Source: a phage. Taken from it: 64,000 bases of DNA. Under the pieces are notes generated by a model that was not told the DNA's origin, did not search any database, and saw nothing but the letters and a program-made list of their open reading frames with translations. Both the position numbers and the translations under genes were made by a program. Position 1 is the stretch's first letter, and every line of letters begins with the position of its first letter. The stretch lies in assembly GCA_009015555.1 (NCBI GenBank), contig GCA_009015555.1_3613.1, one strand, 5' to 3'. Below, piece by piece: positions 9,577-18,550 of this stretch.

Positions 9577-10111
9577 TACGCACCCTCTCATACCCGCCGC
9601 AGCGGTCAATCAGGGCGTCCGTCGCCCGGTCCCACGCCTTGCCCAAGAGGTTCATCCCCAACCAGTTGGCCTCGTCGTCAATCATCGGGTGGTCTTGGCT
9701 CAGGCCGACACCCCAGATACGATCCCGGTCAGAAGCCTCAACAAAACTCCGGCCCGCAAGTCGGTGCTGGATCGCCTCGCAGCGGAGGCCGAGGTCAAAC
9801 ACCAGACGGCAGTAACAGACATTCTCGACGATCTGCTCTCGGGACTTCTCCCACAGTTCGTTGTTGAACCCCTTTACCTTACGACCAAGCATCTTGGCTT
9901 CCTGCGGGTGGAATACCTCTGTGATCTGCCGGGCGATATTGTGATCGGCAAACAGCATGGCCTTTTCGTACATCATCATGTGCTCCCCGGTGTAGAACTT
10001 AACACCTTCCTGCTCATGTCGCGGCAGAGCGAAAGCCCTGTCGTTTCGGTAATGATTACTGAACATGTCCTTCCACGAATAGAAGAACACGTGCTTGTCG
10101 GTCACCCTCAT
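9560..10111 (-). CDS. NADAR (YbiA-like, DUF1768) domain protein
   Basis: GEHMMMYEKAMLF...IWGVGL pattern characteristic of NADAR/YbiA family from memory. Confidence 0.65.
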   Translation of the reverse strand: MRVTDKHVFFYSWKDMFSNHYRNDRAFALPRHEQEGVKFYTGEHMMMYEKAMLFADHNIARQITEVFHPQEAKMLGRKVKGFNNELWEKSREQIVENVCYCRLVFDLGLRCEAIQHRLAGRSFVEASDRDRIWGVGLSQDHPMIDDEANWLGMNLLGKAWDRATDALIDRCGGYERVRNDFKD

Positions 10112-10320
10112 ACGCAGAACTCCCCTGCCAGTCGGTTGTACTTTTCCCGGAAGAACTCAAGGCGGACCTCCAGGTCGTCGATATGGTCCGCAGCCTGAAT
10201 CATCTGGTCATACGGATCTCCGTCGCAGTTCTCCTGACTCGCAAGGTCCCGCAGGACCGTCTGAATCGGGAACATGCCGTTTTTAATTGGATGGATCACT
10301 TTCATCGGCGGCTTCCCCAC
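10108..10320 (-). CDS. hypothetical protein (70 aa)
   Basis: ORF, tandem with neighbours. Confidence 0.4.
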   Translation of the reverse strand: MGKPPMKVIHPIKNGMFPIQTVLRDLASQENCDGDPYDQMIQAADHIDDLEVRLEFFREKYNRLAGEFCV

Positions 10321-10517
10321 TCGGTGGAGATCAGGAAGGCCATAGCCACGGCAAATACCAACTCAACCATCAATGTGACATTGATCACTGTCTCCAGTTC
10401 ACGACCGTAAATACCGTTCAGGTTGAAAGTCGTTAACCCCACAATCGCCGGGGTGGCGAAAAGGATCAGTACGCCGATAACAACATAGCCGATCAAGAAT
10501 TTAACCAAACTGTTCAT
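10302..10517 (-). CDS. small membrane protein
   Basis: Hydrophobic stretch LIGYVVIGVLILFATPAIVGL; start trimmed to MNSLVKF to remove overlap. Confidence 0.4.
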   Translation of the reverse strand: MNSLVKFLIGYVVIGVLILFATPAIVGLTTFNLNGIYGRELETVINVTLMVELVFAVAMAFLISTEWGSRR

Positions 10518-10852
10518 AGTCCATCTCCAAAAATCAGGGACGCCGGGCAACTGATCCGGCAGTCTTTTGCTAACGGGAAGTCCTGCAACCACTGCGCCAG
10601 TAGGATGCTCGAACTGTTTTTGTAATCACCGGAGTTGATGTGGATGTATCCGATCTCCCAAGGGAACAGAGGGCTGTTCACGATGTGAGTCTCCACAATG
10701 TCCGTCAACTGACCATAAGTGATCAAGTTCTCTGCCTTCGATGGCAGGTACAAGCCGAAGCGAAGACCCGCCGGGCCAGTCGGTTCCATCTTACGGAACC
10801 CTACCGCCTTGGACATGTCTACCGCAAACACCTCAATAGTTACAGTTTCCAT
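10514..10852 (-). CDS. hypothetical protein (112 aa)
   Basis: ORF only. Confidence 0.45.
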   Translation of the reverse strand: METVTIEVFAVDMSKAVGFRKMEPTGPAGLRFGLYLPSKAENLITYGQLTDIVETHIVNSPLFPWEIGYIHINSGDYKNSSSILLAQWLQDFPLAKDCRISCPASLIFGDGL

Positions 10853-11229
10853 CAGTAAAGATCCTCGCTAAACAGTGTATCGTATGGCGCACCTTTTTTA
10901 CGCACCGTGTTGATCTGTCCTGCGTGAGTGGCAATGACCAGGGCATCTTGTCGGTTGTGATACTCTCCCCATTGGTCGATAAAACCCTGCTCTTCACCCG
11001 CTACAAAACGAGTAGAAATTTTATCTTCCAAGAGGTCAAGAACCTCAGCCATATCTTTGGAATAGTGACGAGACCCCGGAACTACCACAAAACCACCAGT
11101 CTTCAGTTCGAAGCGGTTGGCGGCACAAACAATCCGTCGCTGCAATTTGCGACCGTCCCACCAGTCGGCGATCTTATAACAAATTTCCGGGAGACCTTCT
11201 TTTACGGTATCTTCCATCAGTTCCTCCAA
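10852..11229 (-). CDS. hypothetical protein (125 aa)
   Basis: ORF only. Confidence 0.45.
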   Translation of the reverse strand: MEELMEDTVKEGLPEICYKIADWWDGRKLQRRIVCAANRFELKTGGFVVVPGSRHYSKDMAEVLDLLEDKISTRFVAGEEQGFIDQWGEYHNRQDALVIATHAGQINTVRKKGAPYDTLFSEDLY

Positions 11230-11429
11230 TATACGTTTTTGTCTTTTTTAATCATGCGGCTTACCTCTTTTGCCGACAAACGGTCATAACTTGCTCCGTT
11301 TTCCCGGTATGCGCCGCATGGGACCCATTCAGGGATAGAAAAGCTATAGTGCTGGTAGAAGATAGTACCTTTGGCAATTTCAATCTCCAGCCAAGGGAGA
11401 TGAACCTCGCGGATTTTGAAATATGTCAT
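11217..11429 (-). CDS. hypothetical protein (70 aa)
   Basis: ORF only. Confidence 0.38.
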   Translation of the reverse strand: MTYFKIREVHLPWLEIEIAKGTIFYQHYSFSIPEWVPCGAYRENGASYDRLSAKEVSRMIKKDKNVYWRN

Positions 11430-11599
11430 TGTCTGTTCACCAGGCTCGTCAGGATCGCAGAACCGATATATTCCAGCACATCATTGGTCGTGCTCATCTC
11501 CGGCAGTTTGATTGCCTTGCTTTCTTTATCTATTCCTGCCTGAACAGAGGGGTTTTTGAGAAGGGCCGCGATCTGCTCTTTGTTGAACTTTACTAACAT
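11426..11599 (-). CDS. hypothetical protein (~57 aa)
   Basis: ORF, start trimmed to MLVKFNKEQ. Confidence 0.33.
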   Translation of the reverse strand: MLVKFNKEQIAALLKNPSVQAGIDKESKAIKLPEMSTTNDVLEYIGSAILTSLVNRQ

Positions 11600-11609
11600 G
11601 ATGGTCTCC

Positions 11610-11819
11610 TTAGTGCTTAACGTATTTTGAAGGGCAAGAACCGCCACCTTCGTGAGTTATCGCCACGGTGGTGCGCCCGTTGCTATAAATGCACACCTTG
11701 TCACTACCGTCGGTGTAGTAATCCTCCAGGTCCAGCGTTTGAGCCGCATGTGCCGCAGAGAAATTTAACACACCTGTAATCAAAACTCCCAGCATAAACC
11801 CTAAGAATACTTCTTTCAT
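11610..11819 (-). CDS. small protein with signal-peptide-like N-terminus
   Basis: MKEVFLGFMLGVLITGVLNFSAAHA hydrophobic leader. Confidence 0.4.
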   Translation of the reverse strand: MKEVFLGFMLGVLITGVLNFSAAHAAQTLDLEDYYTDGSDKVCIYSNGRTTVAITHEGGGSCPSKYVKH

Positions 11820-12022
11820 TTCGTCACCCCTTTTGCGATATTTTCGATTCGTTGGCGAAGGATCTCTTCGCCCGGTATTGGCCCGGCCTTAATAAATTCA
11901 CGGGCCTCTGGAAATTCAGTCTCCGGAAGTGCATTCAGGATCTGTTTCAGAAAACACAAAGCCTGCATACGGTGCCCATCGAACTGAAGCGCAAGGTCTC
12001 GCCATTTCATTTCTGTACTCAC
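11816..12022 (-). CDS. hypothetical protein (68 aa)
   Basis: ORF only. Confidence 0.4.
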   Translation of the reverse strand: MSTEMKWRDLALQFDGHRMQALCFLKQILNALPETEFPEAREFIKAGPIPGEEILRQRIENIAKGVTK

Positions 12023-12522
12023 TTTGCCCCCATCGCTTTCGATATGTCGTCCAAATACTGAGTCTGTGTCTTGTCATCGTCCGGCAGGCGGAGGATGTCG
12101 GCACCCCAGCGGTTGGCGTTCATCATGATGTGCAGCGGACCGCGCCGCCATTCGCCGTACCATGCACTAAGTTTGTCGTGCTCTTTGTGCATACTGTCCA
12201 ACTGGTCAATAAGATAATACGCATGATTCAGGAACTTTGCAACCAATTTCACAATATTTTCGTACTTCGGTGGAAACGGGTTGTACTCGAACATCTTATC
12301 CAGAATAACCATCTCGCGGACCATCTCACGAACGGTGCCGATCGGGTTGGCTACCGGGGCGTTCTCCCAGTTGAAGCGGTAAAGAGACTCACAGATTTCC
12401 TTGCAGCGCTTCTCCTTCTTCTCTTGGCTCTTTGGAGCTTGGAAGAAGATCTCTGCTGGAGGGTAGATGGATACGTTGTTGATCCACTTTTCAATGAAGG
12501 CCAGGTTGATACTGTTGCTCAT
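12019..12522 (-). CDS. hypothetical protein (167 aa)
   Basis: ORF only. Confidence 0.5.
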   Translation of the reverse strand: MSNSINLAFIEKWINNVSIYPPAEIFFQAPKSQEKKEKRCKEICESLYRFNWENAPVANPIGTVREMVREMVILDKMFEYNPFPPKYENIVKLVAKFLNHAYYLIDQLDSMHKEHDKLSAWYGEWRRGPLHIMMNANRWGADILRLPDDDKTQTQYLDDISKAMGAK

Positions 12523-12593
12523 GATATTTCCTCTTTCGTTGTTTGATGGGAGTAGTATACAGGAGGGGAGGCAGGAGTCAAGAGGCAGATAAA

Positions 12594-12620
12594 GAAAAAC
12601 CGCCCCGAAGGGCGGTTCTT
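12594..12620 (-). terminator. Rho-independent terminator (hairpin CCGCCCCGAAGGGCGG plus T-run)
   Basis: Hairpin immediately after stop of 12621..12902 gene; same hairpin family as at 4547 and 22007. Confidence 0.55.
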
Positions 12621-12902
12621 TTAGTATTGATCTTCAGCGTAGCGGCGCTGATTTTCTGTGTTATCCACGTCCTTTAGCGTAAAGTTGTACTGCTCGCTAC
12701 GGACTGGGGCCGGGCGCGGTGTCGGGTCCAGATGGGCCAGCTTGACACCCGGCGGAATTTCATTGATGGTGAACGTGGTGTTGACCAGTTGTCCAGCCAG
12801 TTCATCCATACGCATGGAAACGAAGGCGGCTACGGAACGACCTTCACGGTCAGCCAGGAAACGCAGTTTTTCGAAGGTTGCATCGTTGAAGTTAATGTTC
12901 AT
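12621..12902 (-). CDS. hypothetical protein (93 aa)
   Basis: ORF only. Confidence 0.45.
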   Translation of the reverse strand: MNINFNDATFEKLRFLADREGRSVAAFVSMRMDELAGQLVNTTFTINEIPPGVKLAHLDPTPRPAPVRSEQYNFTLKDVDNTENQRRYAEDQY

Positions 12903-12974
12903 ATTGTAAATCTCCTTTCTGAATTATGTTTGGGTTAACCGCCCCCGTAGGGGCGGGGTACTGCACAGCGGGTA

Positions 12975-13292
12975 TTACTCGCCGTCTTCTTCAGAAGCGC
13001 GGCCCATCAGGATGTCCAGTTCGTTAAGCTGCTCAATCTGGCCTTCCAGCGCCGCACGTTTCTTCTCAGCGGCGTCCTGCTTGTCGTACTCGCCGTTGAT
13101 CAGGGTTCGCAGGAATTTCGGATCGATGTTCAGATCTTCTTTGGTGATCGCCAGGATGCTTTTCAGGTCTTCTGCGGCGTCCTTCTGCTTACGAATCGCA
13201 TCAACACCTTCCTGAACGATATTTGCAAGGCGCTTACGTACAGCCGGGTCAGAAGGCAGGGTGTTCAGCAGTTCAACTTTTACTTTAGCCAT
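12975..13292 (-). CDS. hypothetical coiled-coil protein (105 aa)
   Basis: Charged, heptad-like sequence. Confidence 0.45.
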   Translation of the reverse strand: MAKVKVELLNTLPSDPAVRKRLANIVQEGVDAIRKQKDAAEDLKSILAITKEDLNIDPKFLRTLINGEYDKQDAAEKKRAALEGQIEQLNELDILMGRASEEDGE

Positions 13293-13542
13293 TTGTGTTA
13301 CTCCTCTTCAGTGAATGTGTGAGCATTATGCTCGTTTTAACTCAGTGTGTCAACAACTTTTTGAAACTATCGGACGAACATTCGACCTTGTTCAAAATAT
13401 CCATTCTTAATGCCCCGAGGGGCAGAAAGAGACTGTACCGCAGTAGCACCACAATTGCAAGTGGCAGTTTTGCGGTCTGCAATCTTTCGATTCTTGTCAA
13501 ATACTGCCCCGCACCCGGGGCATTTGTAAGAATACGTCGGCA

Positions 13543-13905
13543 TTACTTGTCTGTCTCCAGGATCTTACGCTCAGTAGCCAGATCACGGTTCTCCGCCAGG
13601 TCGTTTTCGAACTTACTCGGGTAACGAGCCTTCAGCTTGCGAATCACACGGTCCTGCTCTGCATCGAAGTCGGTGTTCAGTGCATCCATCGCCAGTGCCA
13701 GATACCACAGCAGGTCACCCATTTCCTCTTTCAGGTTGGTGGTGTCCAGAGGCTTGCCGTAGAACAGGGACTTCTTCAGGGCATCCTGGAACTCTGCCGC
13801 CTCGGTCACCAGACCCATTGAAGCGTGAATCAGGCGCGGGCCAACCGCGTCCAGATAAAAGTTGTGGGACTCGGTACGGATAGCATCTTTAATAAACTGC
13901 GACAT
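13543..13905 (-). CDS. MazG-like nucleotide pyrophosphohydrolase
   Basis: EMGDLLWYLALAMDAL motif typical of MazG/all-alpha NTP-PPase family; start taken at MSQFIKD. Confidence 0.6.
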   Translation of the reverse strand: MSQFIKDAIRTESHNFYLDAVGPRLIHASMGLVTEAAEFQDALKKSLFYGKPLDTTNLKEEMGDLLWYLALAMDALNTDFDAEQDRVIRKLKARYPSKFENDLAENRDLATERKILETDK

Positions 13906-13959
13906 CAACTTCTCCTTTTCTGTTTCAGTGGGGCCATTATACATGACCCCGTTACACTG

Positions 13960-14400
13960 TCAACGACTTTTGTAAATCTTTTCTGCTTCTTCCCGGCGAC
14001 GTTCGTCACGGGCCTTCCTTTCGATGGCACACGCTTCCCGGTAGGCTTTCCGCCGGGCACCGCAGATACCTTCGACCAGACGCAGAACGCGATCCTGCTC
14101 CCAACGGTTCATCCAGTCGAGATCCCCGGAGACAACAGGGGAGCCGTGGAAGTTGTCACGGTAAAGGTACGTCTTCACCTTCCGTTCGTGGTCGAGGATC
14201 ACATAGTCCACAAAGTGGCTACAGCGGTCTCGGTCCGCTTGCGATGGGTTGTCGTACACTTCCAGCTTTTTGGCAGCGATCAATTCGAGAATCCGATTGA
14301 CCGGGGGCCGGGTCATGCGCCTTGGTGTCACGTACTTATCCCATGCCCATACGAGGACCAGAAGAATAAACAAACTTGTGCAGACCCAGAATCCCGTCAT
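13960..14400 (-). CDS. membrane-anchored hypothetical protein
   Basis: N-terminal TM helix WVCTSLFILLVLVWAW. Confidence 0.45.
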   Translation of the reverse strand: MTGFWVCTSLFILLVLVWAWDKYVTPRRMTRPPVNRILELIAAKKLEVYDNPSQADRDRCSHFVDYVILDHERKVKTYLYRDNFHGSPVVSGDLDWMNRWEQDRVLRLVEGICGARRKAYREACAIERKARDERRREEAEKIYKSR

Positions 14401-15764
14401 TCCAGATCCTCCGCAATAGCCCGCAGCAGATCCAGCAGGGAGTCAGATGCCTCGATCACCTCTTCCAGGCTGTTAGCCTTGGTCTTGTCCATACGGATCT
14501 CGACGAACTTGTAGTTCAGACGAGGCAGGAACAGAGACTGAAGCTCTTTGGTTTCCGACTTCGTGATGTCGTTGGCCTTGATCGTGATGATCTGCCCGAT
14601 GAAGAAGTCCGCTGGCTTCTTACGAAGCGCGTCCGTCAAGCCGGAGCCGACGCCAACTTCCAGCAAGCCGTCACGAGTACGACAGATCAGTGCGCCGACG
14701 AGACTAGGATCTTTCTTGTGCGGCGTTGTAGCCACGACTTCCAGATCAACATCGAACTCGTTCTTCAACTTGACGCCTTTCTTCGTCTTGTTGTCGCCCC
14801 ACGGCATCTTCGCCTCTTTGAGGACGGTGCCCTCTTTCTTCTGGAGGCGCATTTCGATGAAGTGGTCGATCGCTTCCTTCAGGCTGTTGATCTTACGGCC
14901 CGTAACCATACGGAAGTTGTAACGGCGATCGACTTCCTGCACCAGCAGATCCGCCTCGATACGACGATCAGCGTAGTCGGTCTTCGACTTACGTGCGATG
15001 TACTCTTCCATCGTCACGATGTCCCAGATCACCAGGCGCACCAGATCACGATCGATGTCTGCCGGGTCTTGGTTCAGGTAGCCGTTGCCCTCAGCACGTT
15101 CCATCACACCATGCAGGCCATCATCGTCGATAACCAGACCTTCGCCATGTGCCACAAAGGCCCCACGGTTTTCTGCCGCCTGCATCAGGCGCTGCTCGAT
15201 CTCTTCCGGAGCACGGAAGTTCAGTTCCTTCCCGGAGCGGGAGCGGTAGATCACCTGCTCAGGCCACACCATGATGTCCGCATACAGGCCATCCATTTTC
15301 TCGTCGGAGAAAGCGCCCTTGTAGTTGAACTTACGCAGCAGATCCTCTTTGAACAGGGTGTAGCTCTGGTACGGAGGCTCCGTGATCAGGTCTTTCCACA
15401 CCTTATTGGTCAGAGTGGTCTGGATGCCGCACTCCAGATCTCGGTTGATGATCTTCAGAAGTGTGCCCGGCTCCTCGCAGGTCTGTACCAGTTGAGTCAT
15501 GTACGACTTCGCATCATCACCCGTGTAAACTCGCCCTGCGATGTTCTTCACCAACAGATCCACGCTTTCAGACAGCGGGGTAAGACCAGTCGTGAAGAAT
15601 GGAACCCGCAGTCCTCGGACGAAAAAGTTCAGTTCTTTGGAATATGCAACAGCGAAGGCTTGTTTCAGGCCATCGTTATCGGCATTCGCCCGCAGGATCG
15701 CTTCCTTCTCCTTGAGGGATCGGGTTGCAGACAACTCTGCGAGAATACTCGTTACGTTTGACAT
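14397..15764 (-). CDS. ATP-dependent DNA ligase-like nucleotidyltransferase
   Basis: KMDG (KxDG motif I) about 157 aa from N-terminus, similar spacing to T4 DNA ligase from memory; RNA ligase not excluded. Confidence 0.55.
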   Translation of the reverse strand: MSNVTSILAELSATRSLKEKEAILRANADNDGLKQAFAVAYSKELNFFVRGLRVPFFTTGLTPLSESVDLLVKNIAGRVYTGDDAKSYMTQLVQTCEEPGTLLKIINRDLECGIQTTLTNKVWKDLITEPPYQSYTLFKEDLLRKFNYKGAFSDEKMDGLYADIMVWPEQVIYRSRSGKELNFRAPEEIEQRLMQAAENRGAFVAHGEGLVIDDDGLHGVMERAEGNGYLNQDPADIDRDLVRLVIWDIVTMEEYIARKSKTDYADRRIEADLLVQEVDRRYNFRMVTGRKINSLKEAIDHFIEMRLQKKEGTVLKEAKMPWGDNKTKKGVKLKNEFDVDLEVVATTPHKKDPSLVGALICRTRDGLLEVGVGSGLTDALRKKPADFFIGQIITIKANDITKSETKELQSLFLPRLNYKFVEIRMDKTKANSLEEVIEASDSLLDLLRAIAEDLE

Positions 15765-15850
15765 TTGGTCTCCTCATTAACGCCACAATTGTAAGCCCGG
15801 CGAGCATTGCCCCACCGAGAATTAAGAATACCGCAAGAAATCGGATCGCG

Positions 15851-16237
15851 TCAAGCATTATCTGGTGACCAGAGTAACACTGATTCCTCGATCTCAAAAT
15901 CGTAGTCGTCCACATGACCAGACTCCCGGTCGATATGAGTGTGATAACTGCACGTCCAGCGATAAACACCAGGGTCCATGTCATCTACGTCCGGCGGCAG
16001 GCCAAGATACTCCGCCTCCGGGCCGTTGTCCATGATACCGGGATGCAGGTTTGGTGGGTCCAGCACGGTAACCCTTCCAGCATAATCCACCGCCACGATC
16101 CACACACTCCCGTGCGGGGAGTCATATTCCGGCTCTTCGTCAACCATGATCAGCATATCCTCGGTCTCCTCTACTGGAGGATTAAGGCACTTATCGATCC
16201 CGGCGTCAAGCCACTTTTCAGATAAACTCTTACCCAC
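15851..16237 (-). CDS. hypothetical protein (128 aa)
   Basis: ORF only. Confidence 0.45.
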   Translation of the reverse strand: MGKSLSEKWLDAGIDKCLNPPVEETEDMLIMVDEEPEYDSPHGSVWIVAVDYAGRVTVLDPPNLHPGIMDNGPEAEYLGLPPDVDDMDPGVYRWTCSYHTHIDRESGHVDDYDFEIEESVLLWSPDNA

Positions 16238-16496
16238 GAACCCACCCCTTCGATTTCATATACGCCTCCGCAGAGGGCCAGTTATTATCGACAACAGCCT
16301 TTAACCAATCATGGTCGAGTCCGTCATGTACATGCTCCGAGTACAGGTCGTCAATGGTCTCCAAGTGATCCTCTTGACCTTGGTCAACGAGATAATCACG
16401 GAGCGCCGTCACCCGGCGACCCAGCTTGCACGATTCGCAATCACACATCAACTTCCTCCACGACGCAAAGTCTTTGAGCGAGAACCCAAGTTCCAC
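16230..16496 (-). CDS. hypothetical protein (88 aa)
   Basis: ORF only. Confidence 0.45.
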   Translation of the reverse strand: MELGFSLKDFASWRKLMCDCESCKLGRRVTALRDYLVDQGQEDHLETIDDLYSEHVHDGLDHDWLKAVVDNNWPSAEAYMKSKGWVRG

Positions 16497-16782
16497 CTTG
16501 TGACTCTGGTCTCTGGAATGTTCTGATCCCCTGAACCCTCACCTTGAACCACTTCCGAGTTTCCCCAGACTTCAGGTCGGTTTTCAGATGTGGGGCAACA
16601 GGTGCCAGTGTACAGTGCCAGCCGGGCCGCAGGGCGAATCCCTTTGTCGGGTGGGACTCTGCCTCCATCCACTGCCCAGGCACCACTACGAGCTTCCTGT
16701 TGATAAACAGAGGCCCTATCGTACCATCTTTCCGCACACGGAACAACTTGTATGCGGTTATTTCAAGACATATATCAGCCAT
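16441..16782 (-). CDS. hypothetical protein (~113 aa)
   Basis: ORF, start trimmed to MADICLEIT. Confidence 0.4.
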   Translation of the reverse strand: MADICLEITAYKLFRVRKDGTIGPLFINRKLVVVPGQWMEAESHPTKGFALRPGWHCTLAPVAPHLKTDLKSGETRKWFKVRVQGIRTFQRPESQGGTWVLAQRLCVVEEVDV

Positions 16783-17077
16783 CAATATGCTCCAGAACCA
16801 GAAGGTGTTTGCACCGCTTGTTGTTTGCCCAGACCAGAAGGGCCATGTCCATCCATGCAACCTGATCCGGGTCTCCGGCCACGGTTAAGTGCATGTTGTC
16901 ACAGTTCTGCCTTACTTTCGTCACAGTGAAGTCAATATTGGCCCGGTTCATCCGTTCCTCAAGATACTCCAACTGGTCGTTCAGATCAATACTCCATTTG
17001 TAAAATCGCGGTTTTTCTTGTGCCCGGTAGATCTCTTCCATTCGATCAACCACACCCTCCGCAAAGCTCAGTGTCAT
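16775..17077 (-). CDS. hypothetical protein (~100 aa)
   Basis: ORF, start trimmed to MTLSFAEGV. Confidence 0.4.
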   Translation of the reverse strand: MTLSFAEGVVDRMEEIYRAQEKPRFYKWSIDLNDQLEYLEERMNRANIDFTVTKVRQNCDNMHLTVAGDPDQVAWMDMALLVWANNKRCKHLLVLEHIDG

Positions 17078-17292
17078 CCTACCCCCTTCATTCCCGCCCG
17101 GCACTCCGGGCAATACCAAACCCCGAGACCGGGGCATTCAGGATCTTCCACGTAATTATCAGGCTTATTCGATACAGTCACTGATTGACCGATCACCGCA
17201 CCCGGTATTTTGTAGAAACAGATATGCGGCCCAACACCATAGTGAGGGTATGAACCGTCTGCACAGTTACCACACATCGCGTTTCTTCCCAC
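17074..17292 (-). CDS. Cys-rich small protein
   Basis: CGNC...CPGLGVWYCPEC. Confidence 0.4.
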   Translation of the reverse strand: MGRNAMCGNCADGSYPHYGVGPHICFYKIPGAVIGQSVTVSNKPDNYVEDPECPGLGVWYCPECRAGMKGVG

Positions 17293-17494
17293 GAGGGTGC
17301 AGATCCATATCCACAGCCAAGAACGGATTCTTACGCGCCCAGCGCTCTTCTTTAGTCTCCAGCCCGTAGTTAAGATAGGACAACAACCAACGACCCAGCA
17401 CTATCGCCAACACAATGATTACGGCAAACACAACCAGATCCAATTCGCGTTGATTAAGACCGAAAGCCACAATATCATTCACACACTGTTTCAT
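17267..17494 (-). CDS. small membrane protein
   Basis: Hydrophobic segment LVVFAVIIVLAIVLGRWLL. Confidence 0.4.
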   Translation of the reverse strand: MKQCVNDIVAFGLNQRELDLVVFAVIIVLAIVLGRWLLSYLNYGLETKEERWARKNPFLAVDMDLHPRGKKRDVW

Positions 17495-17775
17495 CAGATC
17501 ATCTCCATCGTAATCAGTACATTGTCGAGGTCATCAGCGTTAAGCTGGAGTTCAGGCTTCATACTATCTTCCACACGGTGATAAATCAACCCCTTTTCCA
17601 CATATTTGATCATCACCTCGTAATATTTCCCCAACAGGGTGTCCCATCCACACTCGTAAACAGACACCATACAGACTTTCAGGCCAGCTTTTGCTGAGTG
17701 CCATGCCTCACGCACAGCTTCCAGATGGGCTAATTCCAGTTCATCAATTTTATTACGCTGCTTATTACTTAACAT
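17494..17775 (-). CDS. hypothetical protein (93 aa); first gene of leftward block
   Basis: ORF abutting AT-rich control region. Confidence 0.45.
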   Translation of the reverse strand: MLSNKQRNKIDELELAHLEAVREAWHSAKAGLKVCMVSVYECGWDTLLGKYYEVMIKYVEKGLIYHRVEDSMKPELQLNADDLDNVLITMEMI

Positions 17776-18139
17776 TCTATAACCCTCATACGGTTGTCTC
17801 GTTTCAATGTGTGCATTCTATGATCCAATGATCCTCTTGTCAATACTTTAAATTTTAAATTTTTCATGTAAGATCTATATAAAGATCCTAAAGATCAATA
17901 GGAATCTTCTATTGTTTTCTTGTTTTTAATAATTATTATGAATGTATATGAATAATAATTATAAGATCAATAATTTATGAGTGGAACGAATAAATTATAA
18001 GATTAATAAAACCGTAGCCCGGAGGGCGAGCGTAGCGAGGTTTATAGATTCTATTATTACTTCGTGTGCCTTTCAGGGCTACATGGTTGACAACCGATTT
18101 GATTAATGAAACACTGGGTAGGGTTTCAAAGGAGGGTAT
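17776..18139. promoter_or_regulatory. AT-rich divergent intergenic control region with clustered GATC and AAGATC(A/C) direct repeats; candidate promoter hub / replication origin
   Basis: Long A/T tracts, about six GATC sites within ~130 bp, repeated AAGATC motifs, ttgaca-like -35 near 18090; genes diverge on both sides. Confidence 0.5.
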
Positions 18140-18508
18140 GTGAAGGATTTTGTTGTTCCAGAGGGTTCTTTTGTAAGCCTCCCTACTAAGTGGGGCTTCG
18201 ACTTGCCTGCTGAAGACCTGAAGCGGATGTTCTTGTTACATTTCCGATTCAAGTATTTTGCAGAGCAAGCGTTTCAGAGTGGTGAAGACGTTAGGCGTTG
18301 TTACTATGAGTCACAGGAGACCATGTGTCGCCTGTTTGGTATGTCTGAAGCATCAAGGACGAAGGTTGGAAAGTTTCTCAAGCGAATGGAGGCATCGGGC
18401 CACATTTCCATCATACGTGAGAAAGTAATGCTGTACGGTTCAATGAAGCCACGGCACTACATTGTGGTCAATGACCCTGTGCTATTGGAAAGGTATGGTC
18501 TTTCTTAG
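18140..18508 (+). CDS. hypothetical protein, possible winged-helix DNA-binding (GTG start)
   Basis: GGAGGG RBS then GTG; first rightward gene. Confidence 0.45.
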   Translation: MKDFVVPEGSFVSLPTKWGFDLPAEDLKRMFLLHFRFKYFAEQAFQSGEDVRRCYYESQETMCRLFGMSEASRTKVGKFLKRMEASGHISIIREKVMLYGSMKPRHYIVVNDPVLLERYGLS

Positions 18509-18550
18509 ACTATCTGACTGAATCTTGATAAAATGGGGGCGGAGGAACTC

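Noticed and set aside
14376-15761. 461-aa plus-strand ORF antisense to the ligase-like gene
   Set aside because: Fully overlaps the motif-bearing minus-strand gene in a block where all genes are minus-strand; no RBS or motif
15676-15984. 102-aa minus-strand ORF overlapping the ligase start and the upstream gene
   Set aside because: Overlaps both neighbours by 89-134 nt in a different frame; even trimmed to the internal Met it still overlaps the ligase N-terminus; retained only as a doubtful small TM peptide
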